64,000 nt of DNA, from the NCBI RefSeq assembly GCF_905210055.1, contig NZ_CAJLVH010000001.1. One strand, written 5' to 3'. The notes under the pieces are model-generated. The model saw only the letters and a list, made by a program, of their open reading frames with translations, made no database searches and was not told the DNA's origin. The translations under genes and the position numbers were made by a program. This DNA is from an uncultured Enorma sp. (lineage in GTDB: Bacteria; Actinomycetota; Coriobacteriia; Coriobacteriales; Coriobacteriaceae). Positions 19,276 through 29,074 of the stretch are shown piece after piece; within the stretch, counting starts at the first letter, position 1, and the number at the start of each line of letters is the position of its first letter.

Positions 19276-20034
19276 TTATTCTACGAGCTTGAAACCCATG
19301 CCCCAGACGGTCTTGATATAGTCGCTCGTACCAGAGGGCTTGAGTTTGGCGCGGATGTTTGAGACATGCACATTCACGGTATTATCGTCTGCTGCATAGG
19401 CCTCGCCCCATGCGCCCTCGAAGAGCTCTTGCTTGCTGAATACGCGTTTGGGGTGACGCATGAGCATCTCGACGATGTTGAATTCCGTGCGGGTGAGGTC
19501 GACGGGCGCGCCTGCGGCGGTGAACGTGCGCGCCTCGGCATCGAGCGTCCACGAGCGGAAGCGCAAAGACGGCGTTGCGCCCGCCGTGTTTGCCGCGCCC
19601 TCGCGCGCGATTTCCAGGCTTGCGCCATGACCTCGATGCCGCAGCTGCACCGCGACGCGCGCGGCAAGTTCATCGAGGTCAAACGGTTTCGTGAGGTAGT
19701 CGTCTGCACCGAGCTTCAAAAGGTCGATCTTGTCGGCGGTGTCGGTACGGGCAGAGATCACGACGATGGGCGTCTCGGCCGTGCGCTCGCGCACGAGTGC
19801 GGTGAGCTCCTCGCCGGTGAGACCGGGAAGCATGAGGTCGCAGATCACGAGGTCGAAGGGGAAGGCGGACGCGGGGGCGTCGTTCGTGGCCCCTGGTGTG
19901 CCGCCTATCAGCAGCCGCGCCTCCGATCCGGAATATGCCTGCATGCACGCGTAGCCCTCGCGAGTGAGTCGCATGGCGACGATGGTGTTGATATCGGCAT
20001 CGTCCTCGACGATGAGGATGCGGGGTTCGTTCAT
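19276..20034 (-). CDS. OmpR-family response regulator
   Basis: [24 protein letters not shown], wHTH ending KTVWGMGFK. Confidence 0.93.
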   Translation of the reverse strand: MNEPRILIVEDDADINTIVAMRLTREGYACMQAYSGSEARLLIGGTPGATNDAPASAFPFDLVICDLMLPGLTGEELTALVRERTAETPIVVISARTDTADKIDLLKLGADDYLTKPFDLDELAARVAVQLRHRGHGASLEIAREGAANTAGATPSLRFRSWTLDAEARTFTAAGAPVDLTRTEFNIVEMLMRHPKRVFSKQELFEGAWGEAYAADDNTVNVHVSNIRAKLKPSGTSDYIKTVWGMGFKLVE

Positions 20035-20152
20035 GCGGGCGCTCTCTTCGAATGATGAAAAACAGCCTGTTTGGATTTTATCATTCAGTATACTGGTGGA
20101 ATCGGTTCCGGCGGGATGTCGGACGCAGGCTACGAGCAAAGGGATGCACACG

Positions 20153-20731
20153 ATGGAAGAGCTCAAACAGCGTATCGTCCAAGAAGGCACCGTGAAGGAG
20201 GGGAACGTCCTCAAAGTCGACGCGTTCCTCAACCACCAGTGCGACGTGGAGCTATTCGACCATATGGGCGCCGAATGGGCGCGCCTGTTCGCCGACAAGC
20301 AGGTCGACAAGATCTTGACCATCGAGGCTTCGGGCATCGGCATCGCGTGTGTGGCGGCGCAGCACTTCGGAAACGTCCCCGTGGTATTCGCGAAGAAATA
20401 TCAGTCCATCAACCTCGACGGCGAGCAGTACGCCACGTCGATCCATTCCTTCACCAAGCAGAAGGATTTTCACGTGATCGTAGGCAAGCGCTTTTTGAAC
20501 GAGGGGGAGCACGTACTCATCATCGATGACTTCTTGGCGAACGGCTGCGCGCTGAACGGCCTCATCGAGCTCTGCGAAGCGGCGGGCGTCATCGTGGAGG
20601 GTATCGGCATCGCCATCGAGAAGGGCTTCCAGGGTGGCGGCGATAGTCTGCGCGAGCGCGGCTACGACCTCCAGTCGCTCGCTATCGTTGAATCCATGGA
20701 TCCCGAGACTGGTGAGGTGCAGTTCCGATAA
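20153..20731 (+). CDS. xpt: Xanthine phosphoribosyltransferase
   Basis: [33 protein letters not shown]. Confidence 0.95.
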   Translation: MEELKQRIVQEGTVKEGNVLKVDAFLNHQCDVELFDHMGAEWARLFADKQVDKILTIEASGIGIACVAAQHFGNVPVVFAKKYQSINLDGEQYATSIHSFTKQKDFHVIVGKRFLNEGEHVLIIDDFLANGCALNGLIELCEAAGVIVEGIGIAIEKGFQGGGDSLRERGYDLQSLAIVESMDPETGEVQFR

Positions 20732-22125
20732 TGTCTGCTCGCAAAGACGAACGCTCGAATCTAAAGAGCGAGCAGGCAAAAAACGAGACTGTTTCCACCG
20801 AGCACCAGAAGACGCCGGACACCGCGCACGCGCTGTGCGACTTCTACGCGAAGATTCCCATCGCGCACGGCCTGCCCTATGGCATCCAGCACGTGCTGGC
20901 GATGTTCGTGGCGAATCTCGCACCCATCTTTATCGTGGCGGCCGCTGCCGGCATGGATCCCGCGCAATCTGCGGTGCTCATCCAAAACGCTCTGCTTATG
21001 GCGGGGCTCGGCACGCTCATCCAGCTCTTTCCCCTGTGGCGCGTGGGCGGTGCCCTGCCCATTGTCACGGGTATCAGCTTCACGTACGTTTCAGCGGTGG
21101 TCGCAATCGTCGCGGCGAGTGGCTACAACGTTGCGGTGGGTGCCATCATCGTGGGCGGCCTCGTGGAGGGCGTGCTCGGTCTCACGGTGCGTTTCTGGCG
21201 ACGCTTCGTACCGCCCGTCGTCTCTGCCATCGTGGTGACGACGATCGGCTTCTCCCTGCTTTCGGTAGGTGCGGAGTCGTTTGGCGGAGGAAGCGGCGCC
21301 AAAGATTTCGGCAGCTGGCAAAACCTTCTGCTTGCGTGCATCTCGCTCGTGAGCTGCCTTGCGTTCCAAGTTCTCGCCAAGGGAACGAAGAAGCAGCTCT
21401 CGGTGCTGTTCGGCTTGGTTGTGGGGTACGCGTTCGCCGTTGTGATCGGCAAGGTCGATTTCAGCGCGTTCGCGGGGCTCGCGCCGATTTCCGTTCCACA
21501 CGTTCTGCCCTTTGCGCCGGAGTTCGATCTCGGCGCCATCATCTCGATTGCCCTGCTCTACCTGGTGAGTTCTGTCGAGGTCATGGGCAATACCACCGCG
21601 CTCACGAAGGTGGGCTTCGACCGCGTGCCCACCGATCGCGAGCTGTCGGGCGCCATCACGGCCGATGGCTTGGTGTCCTCGGTCGCTGGTGTGTTCGGCT
21701 GTCTGCCCATCACGTCGTTCGCGCAGAATGTGGGGCTTGTCGCCATGACACGCGTGGTGAATCGCCGCGTCATCGCTTGCGGCGGCGTGCTTCTTATCCT
21801 TGCGGCATTCGCGCCGGCGGTCGCCGCGGTCTTCAACTCGCTGCCCGAAGCGGTGCTCGGCGGATGCACCATCATCATGTTCGGCAACATCGCTCTTTCG
21901 GGTTTCCAGATGCTCGCCGAGGCAGGGTTCACCCAGCGCAATGTGACCATTGCGGCGCTCGCTATCGCCGTGGGCGTGGGCTTCACGCAGGTGCCGCAGA
22001 TCTTCGCGGCGTTCCCGCCCATCGTGCAGTCCATCTTCGCGTCGAACAGCATCGCGGTCGCGTTCGTGGTGGCGTGCGTGGCGAACTTCCTGTTGCCACA
22101 AGACGCGGGAGACGAGGCCGAGTAG
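20731..22125 (+). CDS. pbuX: Xanthine/uracil permease (NCS2 family)
   Basis: GIQHVLAMF, TSFAQNVG NAT motif, coupled to xpt. Confidence 0.88.
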   Translation: MSARKDERSNLKSEQAKNETVSTEHQKTPDTAHALCDFYAKIPIAHGLPYGIQHVLAMFVANLAPIFIVAAAAGMDPAQSAVLIQNALLMAGLGTLIQLFPLWRVGGALPIVTGISFTYVSAVVAIVAASGYNVAVGAIIVGGLVEGVLGLTVRFWRRFVPPVVSAIVVTTIGFSLLSVGAESFGGGSGAKDFGSWQNLLLACISLVSCLAFQVLAKGTKKQLSVLFGLVVGYAFAVVIGKVDFSAFAGLAPISVPHVLPFAPEFDLGAIISIALLYLVSSVEVMGNTTALTKVGFDRVPTDRELSGAITADGLVSSVAGVFGCLPITSFAQNVGLVAMTRVVNRRVIACGGVLLILAAFAPAVAAVFNSLPEAVLGGCTIIMFGNIALSGFQMLAEAGFTQRNVTIAALAIAVGVGFTQVPQIFAAFPPIVQSIFASNSIAVAFVVACVANFLLPQDAGDEAE

Positions 22126-22126
22126 C

Positions 22127-22402
22127 ATGCCCGAGACGGAGCGTTACAAGTTCTTCAGCCACACCGCCTGCGAGTTCTACCCTTGCCACGATATGCCGGA
22201 AGGGGAACTCAACTGCCTCTTTTGCTTCTGCCCGCTGTATTGCTTGGGCAGCGAATGCGGGGGCAACTTCCGCTACGTGGGCGAGCGGGGTGACATCAAG
22301 GATTGCAGCGCCTGCACCGTGCCGCACCGGCGCGAGAACTACGATTACATCATGGCTCAATTCGAGCGCGTGAAGGCGATCGCCTCGGAGCAGAGGGGAT
22401 AA
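22127..22402 (+). CDS. Cysteine-rich small domain protein
   Basis: CEFYPCH..NCLFCFCPLY..C..KDCSACTVPH. Confidence 0.85.
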   Translation: MPETERYKFFSHTACEFYPCHDMPEGELNCLFCFCPLYCLGSECGGNFRYVGERGDIKDCSACTVPHRRENYDYIMAQFERVKAIASEQRG

Positions 22403-22464
22403 TGGCGTGAAGTGCCCGAGCACCATCTACAACGGTCGGGCGCTCGAGGGAAAGGAATGAAGCG

Positions 22465-23256
22465 ATGGATGTCACGACGGTGAACATTGGTTTTCTGGGT
22501 TTCGGAAACATGGCGAGCGCCATCGCGGACGGCTGGCTTGCGGCGGGCACGATGCCAGCAGAGCGCCTCTATGCCTGCGCCAAGCACTATGACGCCCTGT
22601 GCGAGCGCACCGCGGCGCGCGGCATGCATGCCTGCGAGACCGCCGAGGAGCTCGTTGACGCGGCGGACATCGTGGTCATCGCGATCAAGCCGTACCTGAT
22701 CGAAGGCACGCTTCCCGCGCTGGCGCCGCGCCTGGCCGGCAAGGTCGTCGTCTCGGTGGCGGCTGGCTGGGCGAGCGAGGACTACGAGCGCGTCATCCCC
22801 GGCGTGCACCACATCTCGACGATGCCGAATACGCCTGTTGCCGTGTGCGAGGGGCTTGTCGCGCTCGAGACGGCGCATACGCTCACGCCCGAGGAGCACC
22901 GGCTCGTCGAGGCGCTCTTCAAGCCGCTGGGCACGGTCGTGGAGGTCGAGACGCGGTTGCTTTCCGTTGCGGGCGCCATCGGCGGCTGCACGCCGGCGTT
23001 CATCGCGATGATGATCGAGGCGCTGGCAGACGCGGCGGTGAAGTACGGTATCCCGCGCGCGACCGCGTACAAGATGGTGAGCCAGGCCGTTGCGGGCACC
23101 GGACGTCTGCAGCTTGCCACGGGTACGCATCCCGGTGCCATGAAGGACGCCGTGTGCTCGCCCGGTGGTACCACCATCCGCGGCGTTGCCGAACTCGAGC
23201 GCGCTGGCATGCGTTCGGCGTTCATCCGCGCTATCGATGCCATCGAGGGTAAGTGA
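22465..23256 (+). CDS. proC: Pyrroline-5-carboxylate reductase
   Basis: GFGNMA, MPNTP, LADAAV..G, VCSPGGTT. Confidence 0.95.
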   Translation: MDVTTVNIGFLGFGNMASAIADGWLAAGTMPAERLYACAKHYDALCERTAARGMHACETAEELVDAADIVVIAIKPYLIEGTLPALAPRLAGKVVVSVAAGWASEDYERVIPGVHHISTMPNTPVAVCEGLVALETAHTLTPEEHRLVEALFKPLGTVVEVETRLLSVAGAIGGCTPAFIAMMIEALADAAVKYGIPRATAYKMVSQAVAGTGRLQLATGTHPGAMKDAVCSPGGTTIRGVAELERAGMRSAFIRAIDAIEGK

Positions 23257-23396
23257 TTATTTCACTACCAGGTACTGAAGATATCAGCTTTGCTTGTCGA
23301 ACGCTTACGTTCGCGTGGGTATTCAAGACGGCTCCTCGGGGTATACCTGCTGGAAGTATCGGCGGTACCCGAGGTGCCCTAAAGGAGGGTTTACCT

Positions 23397-24350
23397 ATGT
23401 TTGACCTGCTTGGAGGCTTGCTCGGCCTCATCGTCCTCGCCCTGCTCATCATCGCGATTCTTGCGAACGCGCTCTTCGTGGTGAAGCAGCAACACGCGGT
23501 GATTATCGAGCGGCTCGGTCGCTTCAATCGCATCGTGGGCTCCGGCCTGCATGTGAAGATTCCCATCATCGACCGCAAGGCTGCGACGGTGAGCCTGCGT
23601 ACCATGAAGAACGGCTTTGATATCGACGCGAAGACCGAGGACAACGTGACCATCGGCCTCGAGGTTTCCGTGCAGTACCACGTCTCGTACGAGATGGGTG
23701 CGGGTCCGGCGGATTCCGGCGTGTATAAGAGCTACTACATGCTGCAGCAGCCCGTGGCGCAAATGCGCGACTTCATCACGGACGCCCTGCGCTCGTCGAT
23801 CCCCGTGTACACGCTCGACGAGGTCTTTGCCAAGAAGGACGACATCGCGCAGGACGTGAACGCCACCGTATCCGAGCAGATGGCCGCCTACGGCTTCACC
23901 CTCGTCTCGACGCTCATCACGCGCATCGCGCTGCCTGTCGAGGTCGAAGACTCCATGAACCAGATCAACGCCGCGCAGCGCACCAAGGCCGCGGCGCAGG
24001 ATCTGGCCGAGGCAGATCGTATCCGTCGCGTTACCGAGGCGCGCGCCGAGGCCGAGGCCATGGAGAAGGCGGGCGAAGGTATCGCCAACCAGCGTAAGGC
24101 TATCGCTGTGGGTATCAAGGACTCGCTCGAGTCCATCCAAGAGACGGGCGTCTCGAACCAAGAGGCGAACCTGCTCTTCATGTACACGCAGTGGACCGAG
24201 ATGATGACGGAGTTCGCGCGTACCGGCAAGAGCTCGACCGTGGTGCTCCCGGCGGATTTCAAGGAGAGTGCCTCGATGTTCGAGCAGATGCTCGCTGCCG
24301 GCGAGGCTAACGAGCAGGGCAACGTTCCGCCTGTGACGCCGAAGGTATAG
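23397..24350 (+). CDS. SPFH/band 7 domain membrane protein
   Basis: N-terminal TM, VVKQQ..IERLGRF, AKTEDNV, Ala/Glu-rich coiled segment. Confidence 0.92.
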   Translation: MFDLLGGLLGLIVLALLIIAILANALFVVKQQHAVIIERLGRFNRIVGSGLHVKIPIIDRKAATVSLRTMKNGFDIDAKTEDNVTIGLEVSVQYHVSYEMGAGPADSGVYKSYYMLQQPVAQMRDFITDALRSSIPVYTLDEVFAKKDDIAQDVNATVSEQMAAYGFTLVSTLITRIALPVEVEDSMNQINAAQRTKAAAQDLAEADRIRRVTEARAEAEAMEKAGEGIANQRKAIAVGIKDSLESIQETGVSNQEANLLFMYTQWTEMMTEFARTGKSSTVVLPADFKESASMFEQMLAAGEANEQGNVPPVTPKV

Positions 24351-24382
24351 GTTCAGCATTTCACTTGGCATATAAGGGTAGA

Positions 24383-24423
24383 AAAGGCGGCGGTGCCGGA
24401 GTCGGTGCCGCCGCTTTCGTTTT
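24383..24423 (+). terminator. Rho-independent terminator after SPFH gene
   Basis: gcggcggtgccg / cggtgccgccgc GC stem plus TTTCGTTTT. Confidence 0.65.
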
Positions 24424-24427
24424 CAGG

Positions 24428-24526
24428 GGATGTAACATTACCCCAGGGGTTTTTCGACATTGGATCATAACCATCTGGGATGACCAATTGACCAATGTCG
24501 AAAAACCCTGGGGTAATGTTACATCC
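24428..24526. repeat. Family A palindromic element, copy 2 (overlaps bioY stop)
   Basis: ggatgtaacattaccccaggggtttttcgacattgg / ccaatgtcgaaaaaccctggggtaatgttacatcc. Confidence 0.9.
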
Positions 24527-25049
24527 GCTGTGCGCGCAGCGCCCGGCGGACGGTGCGGCCGATCTGGATGCCGGCCGTCAGCTTGATGATGTCGGGAATC
24601 ACGAACGGTGCCACCGCGAGGGCGAGCGCCGCGGGGAGCGTCATGCCCATCACGACCATAAGCTGCGCCGTTCCCCACGCATAGGAGATAAGGAGCATGC
24701 CCGCTGTGCCGAACGCCTCGCGCCATGGCTCAGGTACGGCTTCGAGACGCTGGATTCCCGCTGCAAACGCGGTGCCTGCCAAGAAGCCCCAGAGAAATCC
24801 ACCCGTTGGACCCACGAGTGCGGCGATGCCTCCGGAAAACCCGGAGAACACGGGCAGTCCCAGCGCGCCAAGCAAGAGGTAGAGCGCAACGGTGACAACG
24901 GCGTCGCGCCCGCCGAGCGCCACGGGCAGCATCGCGATCACAAGCGTCTGCAACGTGAAGGGGACAGGTCCCAGCGGAATCGTGATGTATGATGCCACGG
25001 CAAGCAAGGCGATGCAGAGCCCGCAGCGAGCGATACGAAACGAGGACAT
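24519..25049 (-). CDS. bioY: Biotin ECF transporter S component BioY
   Basis: GPVPFTLQT, GLPVFSG, GPTGGFLWGF, PFVIPD.IK. Confidence 0.93.
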   Translation of the reverse strand: MSSFRIARCGLCIALLAVASYITIPLGPVPFTLQTLVIAMLPVALGGRDAVVTVALYLLLGALGLPVFSGFSGGIAALVGPTGGFLWGFLAGTAFAAGIQRLEAVPEPWREAFGTAGMLLISYAWGTAQLMVVMGMTLPAALALAVAPFVIPDIIKLTAGIQIGRTVRRALRAQRM

Positions 25050-25163
25050 GGGTCTCCTAGCGCGATTCTCGGGTACAACATGGCAATCAGCATACCAAAG
25101 AGCGCCGCGGGCAAACGGCGAATGCTGTTCTCTTGCTGTTCCCTGTGGACAGGACTGCCATCG

Positions 25164-26384
25164 CTACCAAATCTGGGCAAACCATTCGAGTTGTTCGATC
25201 CAAGTTCCCTCGTCGAGTTCGAGGTCGATGTTCGTCCCCTCCTCGTTGGCGGAGACATCGAACGTCATGGACGAGGAGAGGTCGCGATATTCCACGGAAT
25301 AGCTCGACGTTCCGGAAAGAATGCCGGCGAGCAATTCCTGGACGAGTTCGTGGTCAAGGCCTGCCGCGTCAAAATTTGCTGCATACACGTAGATCTCGTG
25401 GTCAAGGAGCTCCAAGCTCATATTCGAGGCAATCGAGTTCACACTGGGAACGGTGATATCGAAGTACACGTTCGCGGTCCCGGCGTAGCCGTCGTCTTCA
25501 CTGTAGAGGCTGCCGGAGGAGCTCGTCGTTTCATAGCTCGTGTTCTCAAGCACCCAAGCAGCGATTTCGCGCGCGTCGAGACCGAGCTCTTCGGGAGTCA
25601 TGCCGAGATAGTCCACGAACGAATCGATGACGCCTTGCTCCATGACGTCGAGAGCCGTCTCGTCTACGGCGACCATTGCTTCAAGCACGGCTGTCGCCCG
25701 TATGACGGCATGGTTTTCAACATCCGAGGCAATATCGCTGTCGGCATACGAGGAGCTTGAGGAGTAGTTATCGTTGGTGTATTCGTCTGCGTCGGAGAAG
25801 AAGGTTTCGACGACGTCGCTCGTGCATGCGCTGCAGGAAAAGAAGAGGGATCCTGCAATCGTTGGTGCGGCGAACATGACGAAAATCAGGATGATGACCA
25901 TGCGCCCGCAGCCGCCCTTGCGCCTTACGCGGATGCCTCCTGGCGCAGGTACCTGTTGAGACGTGCGGTGCCAGGTATGGGTGTCGCGGTGGGAAGAACC
26001 GACCGGGGAGGGCGCGGGGGAGTCGGATGCATCCGATACTTTGGAGCGCGACGCCTGGTCGTATCCTCCGTGGATGGGTTCTTCATTCGCTATGGGCGAG
26101 GTGGCCGCGACGGGATCCGCAGGGTCGGAGGAACCTTCCGGGGCAGCCACGGCAGGATGAGAGCTCGTGCTGGACGTGTCGTGATGCACGGGAGGCTGGT
26201 AGGCGCGCTTTGGCGTACGCGACGCGTCCTGGAAGCGCTTGCGCACGTTGCGTCGTGAAAGCCGTGCGACACCATCGTCGAGATCGAGCTCCTCGCGCAC
26301 GGGTTCGTCGATGGGCATCACCGGATCGGGCGCGTTGAAGGGGTCGATGTTTTCATCTTCCGTGGGAAAGCGTTTCCATGCCAT
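25164..26384 (-). CDS. Hypothetical membrane-anchored protein
   Basis: 406-aa ORF with AAGGA RBS; disordered Pro/Ser-rich N-terminus, one TM (MVIILIFVMFAAP), acidic C-terminal domain. Confidence 0.7.
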   Translation of the reverse strand: MAWKRFPTEDENIDPFNAPDPVMPIDEPVREELDLDDGVARLSRRNVRKRFQDASRTPKRAYQPPVHHDTSSTSSHPAVAAPEGSSDPADPVAATSPIANEEPIHGGYDQASRSKVSDASDSPAPSPVGSSHRDTHTWHRTSQQVPAPGGIRVRRKGGCGRMVIILIFVMFAAPTIAGSLFFSCSACTSDVVETFFSDADEYTNDNYSSSSSYADSDIASDVENHAVIRATAVLEAMVAVDETALDVMEQGVIDSFVDYLGMTPEELGLDAREIAAWVLENTSYETTSSSGSLYSEDDGYAGTANVYFDITVPSVNSIASNMSLELLDHEIYVYAANFDAAGLDHELVQELLAGILSGTSSYSVEYRDLSSSMTFDVSANEEGTNIDLELDEGTWIEQLEWFAQIW

Positions 26385-26493
26385 GATGCGTCCTTATAGC
26401 TGGGGTTTGGGGTGCAGCGTGCGATTGCGACCAATGGTGTGCTTCCCGTGCGTTCGAGTGTGCGCCATTGGTCGCGATCATCGCTTGACGGTG

Positions 26494-26676
26494 TTAGAAC
26501 AATCCGCCGAACAGCCCATCGTCCTCGCCGTCTTTCTTAGGACCGCGATCGACATACATCTTGTTCGTACGCTTTTCGAGCACGAACGCGGCGAGGGCGG
26601 CGATCACGATGCCGCCGAAGAAGAGGACGGCGAGTCCGGTGCGCGTTTCGAACAGGAACGAGAAGATCTCTTGCAT
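26494..26676 (-). CDS. Small membrane protein (DUF6724-like)
   Basis: MQEIFSFLFETRTGLAVLFFGG..LEKRT..acidic tail, 60 aa; family name from recall only. Confidence 0.7.
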   Translation of the reverse strand: MQEIFSFLFETRTGLAVLFFGGIVIAALAAFVLEKRTNKMYVDRGPKKDGEDDGLFGGLF

Positions 26677-26921
26677 GGGTACTCTTTCGTGCGGTAGGTT
26701 AAAAAGCTGTGCAGCCATGCGTTTCGGACATGTGCCCAAAGCGTTTGGCGTGCATTAAGTATATACTTGCGAATGCATGCGCGCTGCGTTCACCCGAATT
26801 GCTTACGCGCCCGTTAAATATGCAAGCGCGGTATCGGCGCGGCAGGATCGACGCGCCCGTACGGGCGTGAAGAGCTCTCATTCGCCGCGCAGCGCCGCGA
26901 GATAAGGAAACCGGAGGAAGT

Positions 26922-28205
26922 ATGCTCGACATCAAGTTCGTTCGCGAGAACCCCGATGCGGTCGATGCCGCGATGGCGAACCGCCAGACCACGTGGGATC
27001 GCGACCGCTTCTTTGCGCTCGATGAGGAGCGCCGCTCCGTGATCGCCGAGGTTGAGAAACTCCAGGCAACGCGCAACGCAGAGTCCAAGAACATCGGTGC
27101 GCTTATGCGTGAGGGCAAGCGCGAGGAGGCCGAGGCGGCGAAGGAAGCCGTTCGCCAAGTAAATGAGCAGATCGAGGGCCTCGCCGAGCGCCGGAGCGCT
27201 CTCGATGCCGAGCTCAACGACTTCATGGCGCACCTGCCGAACATTCCGTGCGATGCGACGCCGGTGGGCAAAGACGAGTCCGAGAACCCGGAGCGTCGCC
27301 GCTGGGGTACCCCGCGCGATTTCGAGGCCGAGGGCTTCGAGCCCAAGGCGCACTGGGATTTGGGCACCGACCTGGGCATCCTCGATTTCGATCGCGGCGC
27401 GAAGCTCTCGGGTGCGCGCTTCACGGTACTTGCGGGCGCTGGCGCTGCGCTCGACCGCGCGCTGCAGAACTTCTTCCTCAACACGCACACGGCGCGTGGG
27501 TTCAAGGAGTTCATTCCGCCCGTCATCGTGAACCGCGAGATCATGTACGGCACGGGCCAGCTGCCCAAGTTCGAGGACGATGCCTATCACACGGGCGAGG
27601 ACCAGTTCCTCATTCCCACGGCCGAGGTTGCGCTCACGAACCTCCATGCTGGCGAGGTGATCGATGCGAGTGAGCTGCCGCTGCGCTACACCGCGGGCAC
27701 GCCGTGCTTCCGTGAGGAAGCGGGTTCCGCCGGCCGCGACACGCGCGGCATCATTCGCCAGCATCAGTTCACCAAGGTCGAGATGGTGAAGTTCGCCACG
27801 CCCGAGCAGTCCGACGATGAGCTCGAGAGCATGGTTGCTGAAGCGGAGTACATCCTGCAGCAGCTTGGACTCCCGTACCGCGTGATCAGCCTGTGCACGG
27901 GCGATCTAGGCTTCTCCGCGCGTCAGACGTACGACATCGAGGTCTGGCTGCCGAGCTACAACGCCTACAAGGAGATTTCCTCCTGCTCGAACTGCGGCGA
28001 TTTCCAGGCGCGCCGCGCGAACATCAAGTACCGCGATCCCGAGAACTTCAAGGGCGTGCGCCTGGTGCACACGCTGAACGGCTCTGGCTTGCCTACCGGT
28101 CGCACCATGGCGGCGATCATGGAGAATTATCAGAACGCCGACGGCTCCATCACGGTGCCCGAGGTGCTGCGTCCCTACATGGGCGGTATGGAGCGCATCG
28201 GGTAG
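26922..28205 (+). CDS. serS: Serine--tRNA ligase
   Basis: [52 protein letters not shown]. Confidence 0.98.
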   Translation: MLDIKFVRENPDAVDAAMANRQTTWDRDRFFALDEERRSVIAEVEKLQATRNAESKNIGALMREGKREEAEAAKEAVRQVNEQIEGLAERRSALDAELNDFMAHLPNIPCDATPVGKDESENPERRRWGTPRDFEAEGFEPKAHWDLGTDLGILDFDRGAKLSGARFTVLAGAGAALDRALQNFFLNTHTARGFKEFIPPVIVNREIMYGTGQLPKFEDDAYHTGEDQFLIPTAEVALTNLHAGEVIDASELPLRYTAGTPCFREEAGSAGRDTRGIIRQHQFTKVEMVKFATPEQSDDELESMVAEAEYILQQLGLPYRVISLCTGDLGFSARQTYDIEVWLPSYNAYKEISSCSNCGDFQARRANIKYRDPENFKGVRLVHTLNGSGLPTGRTMAAIMENYQNADGSITVPEVLRPYMGGMERIG

Positions 28206-28228
28206 CATTTTTCGAACTATTGGACGAC

Positions 28229-28267
28229 GGGGGCGGTGCGCTGAGCGTGCCGCCTCTTTTCCTTTTC
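28229..28267 (+). terminator. Rho-independent terminator after serS
   Basis: gggcggtgcg / cgtgccgcct stem plus CTTTTCCTTTT. Confidence 0.7.
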
Positions 28268-28336
28268 GATTACGTGGCTCCGGCATCCCTTACCACATCG
28301 TGCGGACAAGCGGGGCGGGCCTCTATAAACAATACA

Positions 28337-28366
28337 CGAACATATGTTCTTATTTTGCCGTACAAT
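28337..28366 (+). promoter_or_regulatory. LexA (SOS) box and -10 element
   Basis: CGAAC-ATAT-GTTC at 28337-28349 in the -35 region; TACAAT at 28361-28366. Confidence 0.75.
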
Positions 28367-28397
28367 GAATGCAAGAAGGCGGTGAGAGGAGGACACG

Positions 28398-28742
28398 TTG
28401 GCGGCGTTCGAGTATGGCGAGACCGTGCTTTTCGAGGGTTACGACGGAGTGGAGTGCGTGCGGGTGACGTGTTGGCAAGCCGAGCGCGGCGGGCTCGTGG
28501 TCACGCGGCGTAGTGCGGGCGAGTTATCGCAGTGGTGTTTCGGGGAGTCACCGCATGTGGCGGAGCTGAGCTTTGACGAGGCACAAACGAGCGCGCTTGC
28601 GCGGTATCTCAATGTAGAGCGCGAGGAGGAGCTTGCTGCCGAGCTTGCGATTGAGTTTTCCGGAACGGACGGATGGACGAGAATCGCCAGCGTAATGAGG
28701 AAGTTGCCGCTTTGGGAAAACTATTTTGAAAAAATCGCTTGA
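28398..28742 (+). CDS. Hypothetical protein, 114 aa, probably SOS-regulated
   Basis: TTG start after AGGAGG; fills the gap between serS terminator and tRNA promoter. Confidence 0.7.
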   Translation: MAAFEYGETVLFEGYDGVECVRVTCWQAERGGLVVTRRSAGELSQWCFGESPHVAELSFDEAQTSALARYLNVEREEELAAELAIEFSGTDGWTRIASVMRKLPLWENYFEKIA

Positions 28743-28767
28743 CTCCACCTAGGGAGAGTGCCATTAT
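28739..28767 (+). promoter_or_regulatory. tRNA-Arg promoter
   Basis: TTGACT-N17-CATTAT. Confidence 0.7.
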
Positions 28768-28779
28768 ATCTCTTGCGTT

Positions 28780-28856
28780 GCGGCGTTACCTCAGCTGGAT
28801 AGAGGGTCTGACTACGAATCAGAACGTCACAGGTTCGAATCCTGTACGCCGCACCA
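28780..28856 (+). tRNA. tRNA-Arg(ACG)
   Basis: GCGGCGT acceptor, TCTGA CT ACG AA TCAGA, ACAGGTTCGAATCCTGT, ACCA; 77 nt. Confidence 0.97.
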
Positions 28857-28866
28857 GTCGAGATGT

Positions 28867-28897
28867 ACGGGCGCTCTTTGGAGCGCCCGTTTTTTTG
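28867..28897 (+). terminator. Terminator after tRNA-Arg
   Basis: acgggcgctc-tttg-gagcgcccgt plus T run. Confidence 0.85.
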
Positions 28898-29074
28898 TTT
28901 TCGCGCCGATTTTCAAGCGCAATCGTTTTCCAGGGTACGTTCGACGGTGCAAATCTACCTGATACGAAAATTCTCAGATTACGAAAGCGGCCGAAGGACA
29001 CAATACAAGCAGCATTTGTTTTGTGCTCTCGGCATGCTTGGGGCGTCGACGTTATAGAAGGAGGGCTGGCAGTA

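Noticed and set aside
20035..20152. Purine riboswitch upstream of xpt
   Set aside because: Gap is short and lacks the TATAAT..GATATGG..GTTTCTACC core
24960..24973. GGGGACAGGTCCC in bioY as another GGGAC-loop repeat
   Set aside because: Encodes the conserved GPVPF motif and lacks the flanking stem
26760..26921. T-box leader upstream of serS
   Set aside because: No T-box GGTGG.ACC motif or terminator/antiterminator seen
28739..29074. N-terminal extension of the 822-aa ORF
   Set aside because: Overlaps tRNA-Arg and its terminator; RBS supports a start at 29075
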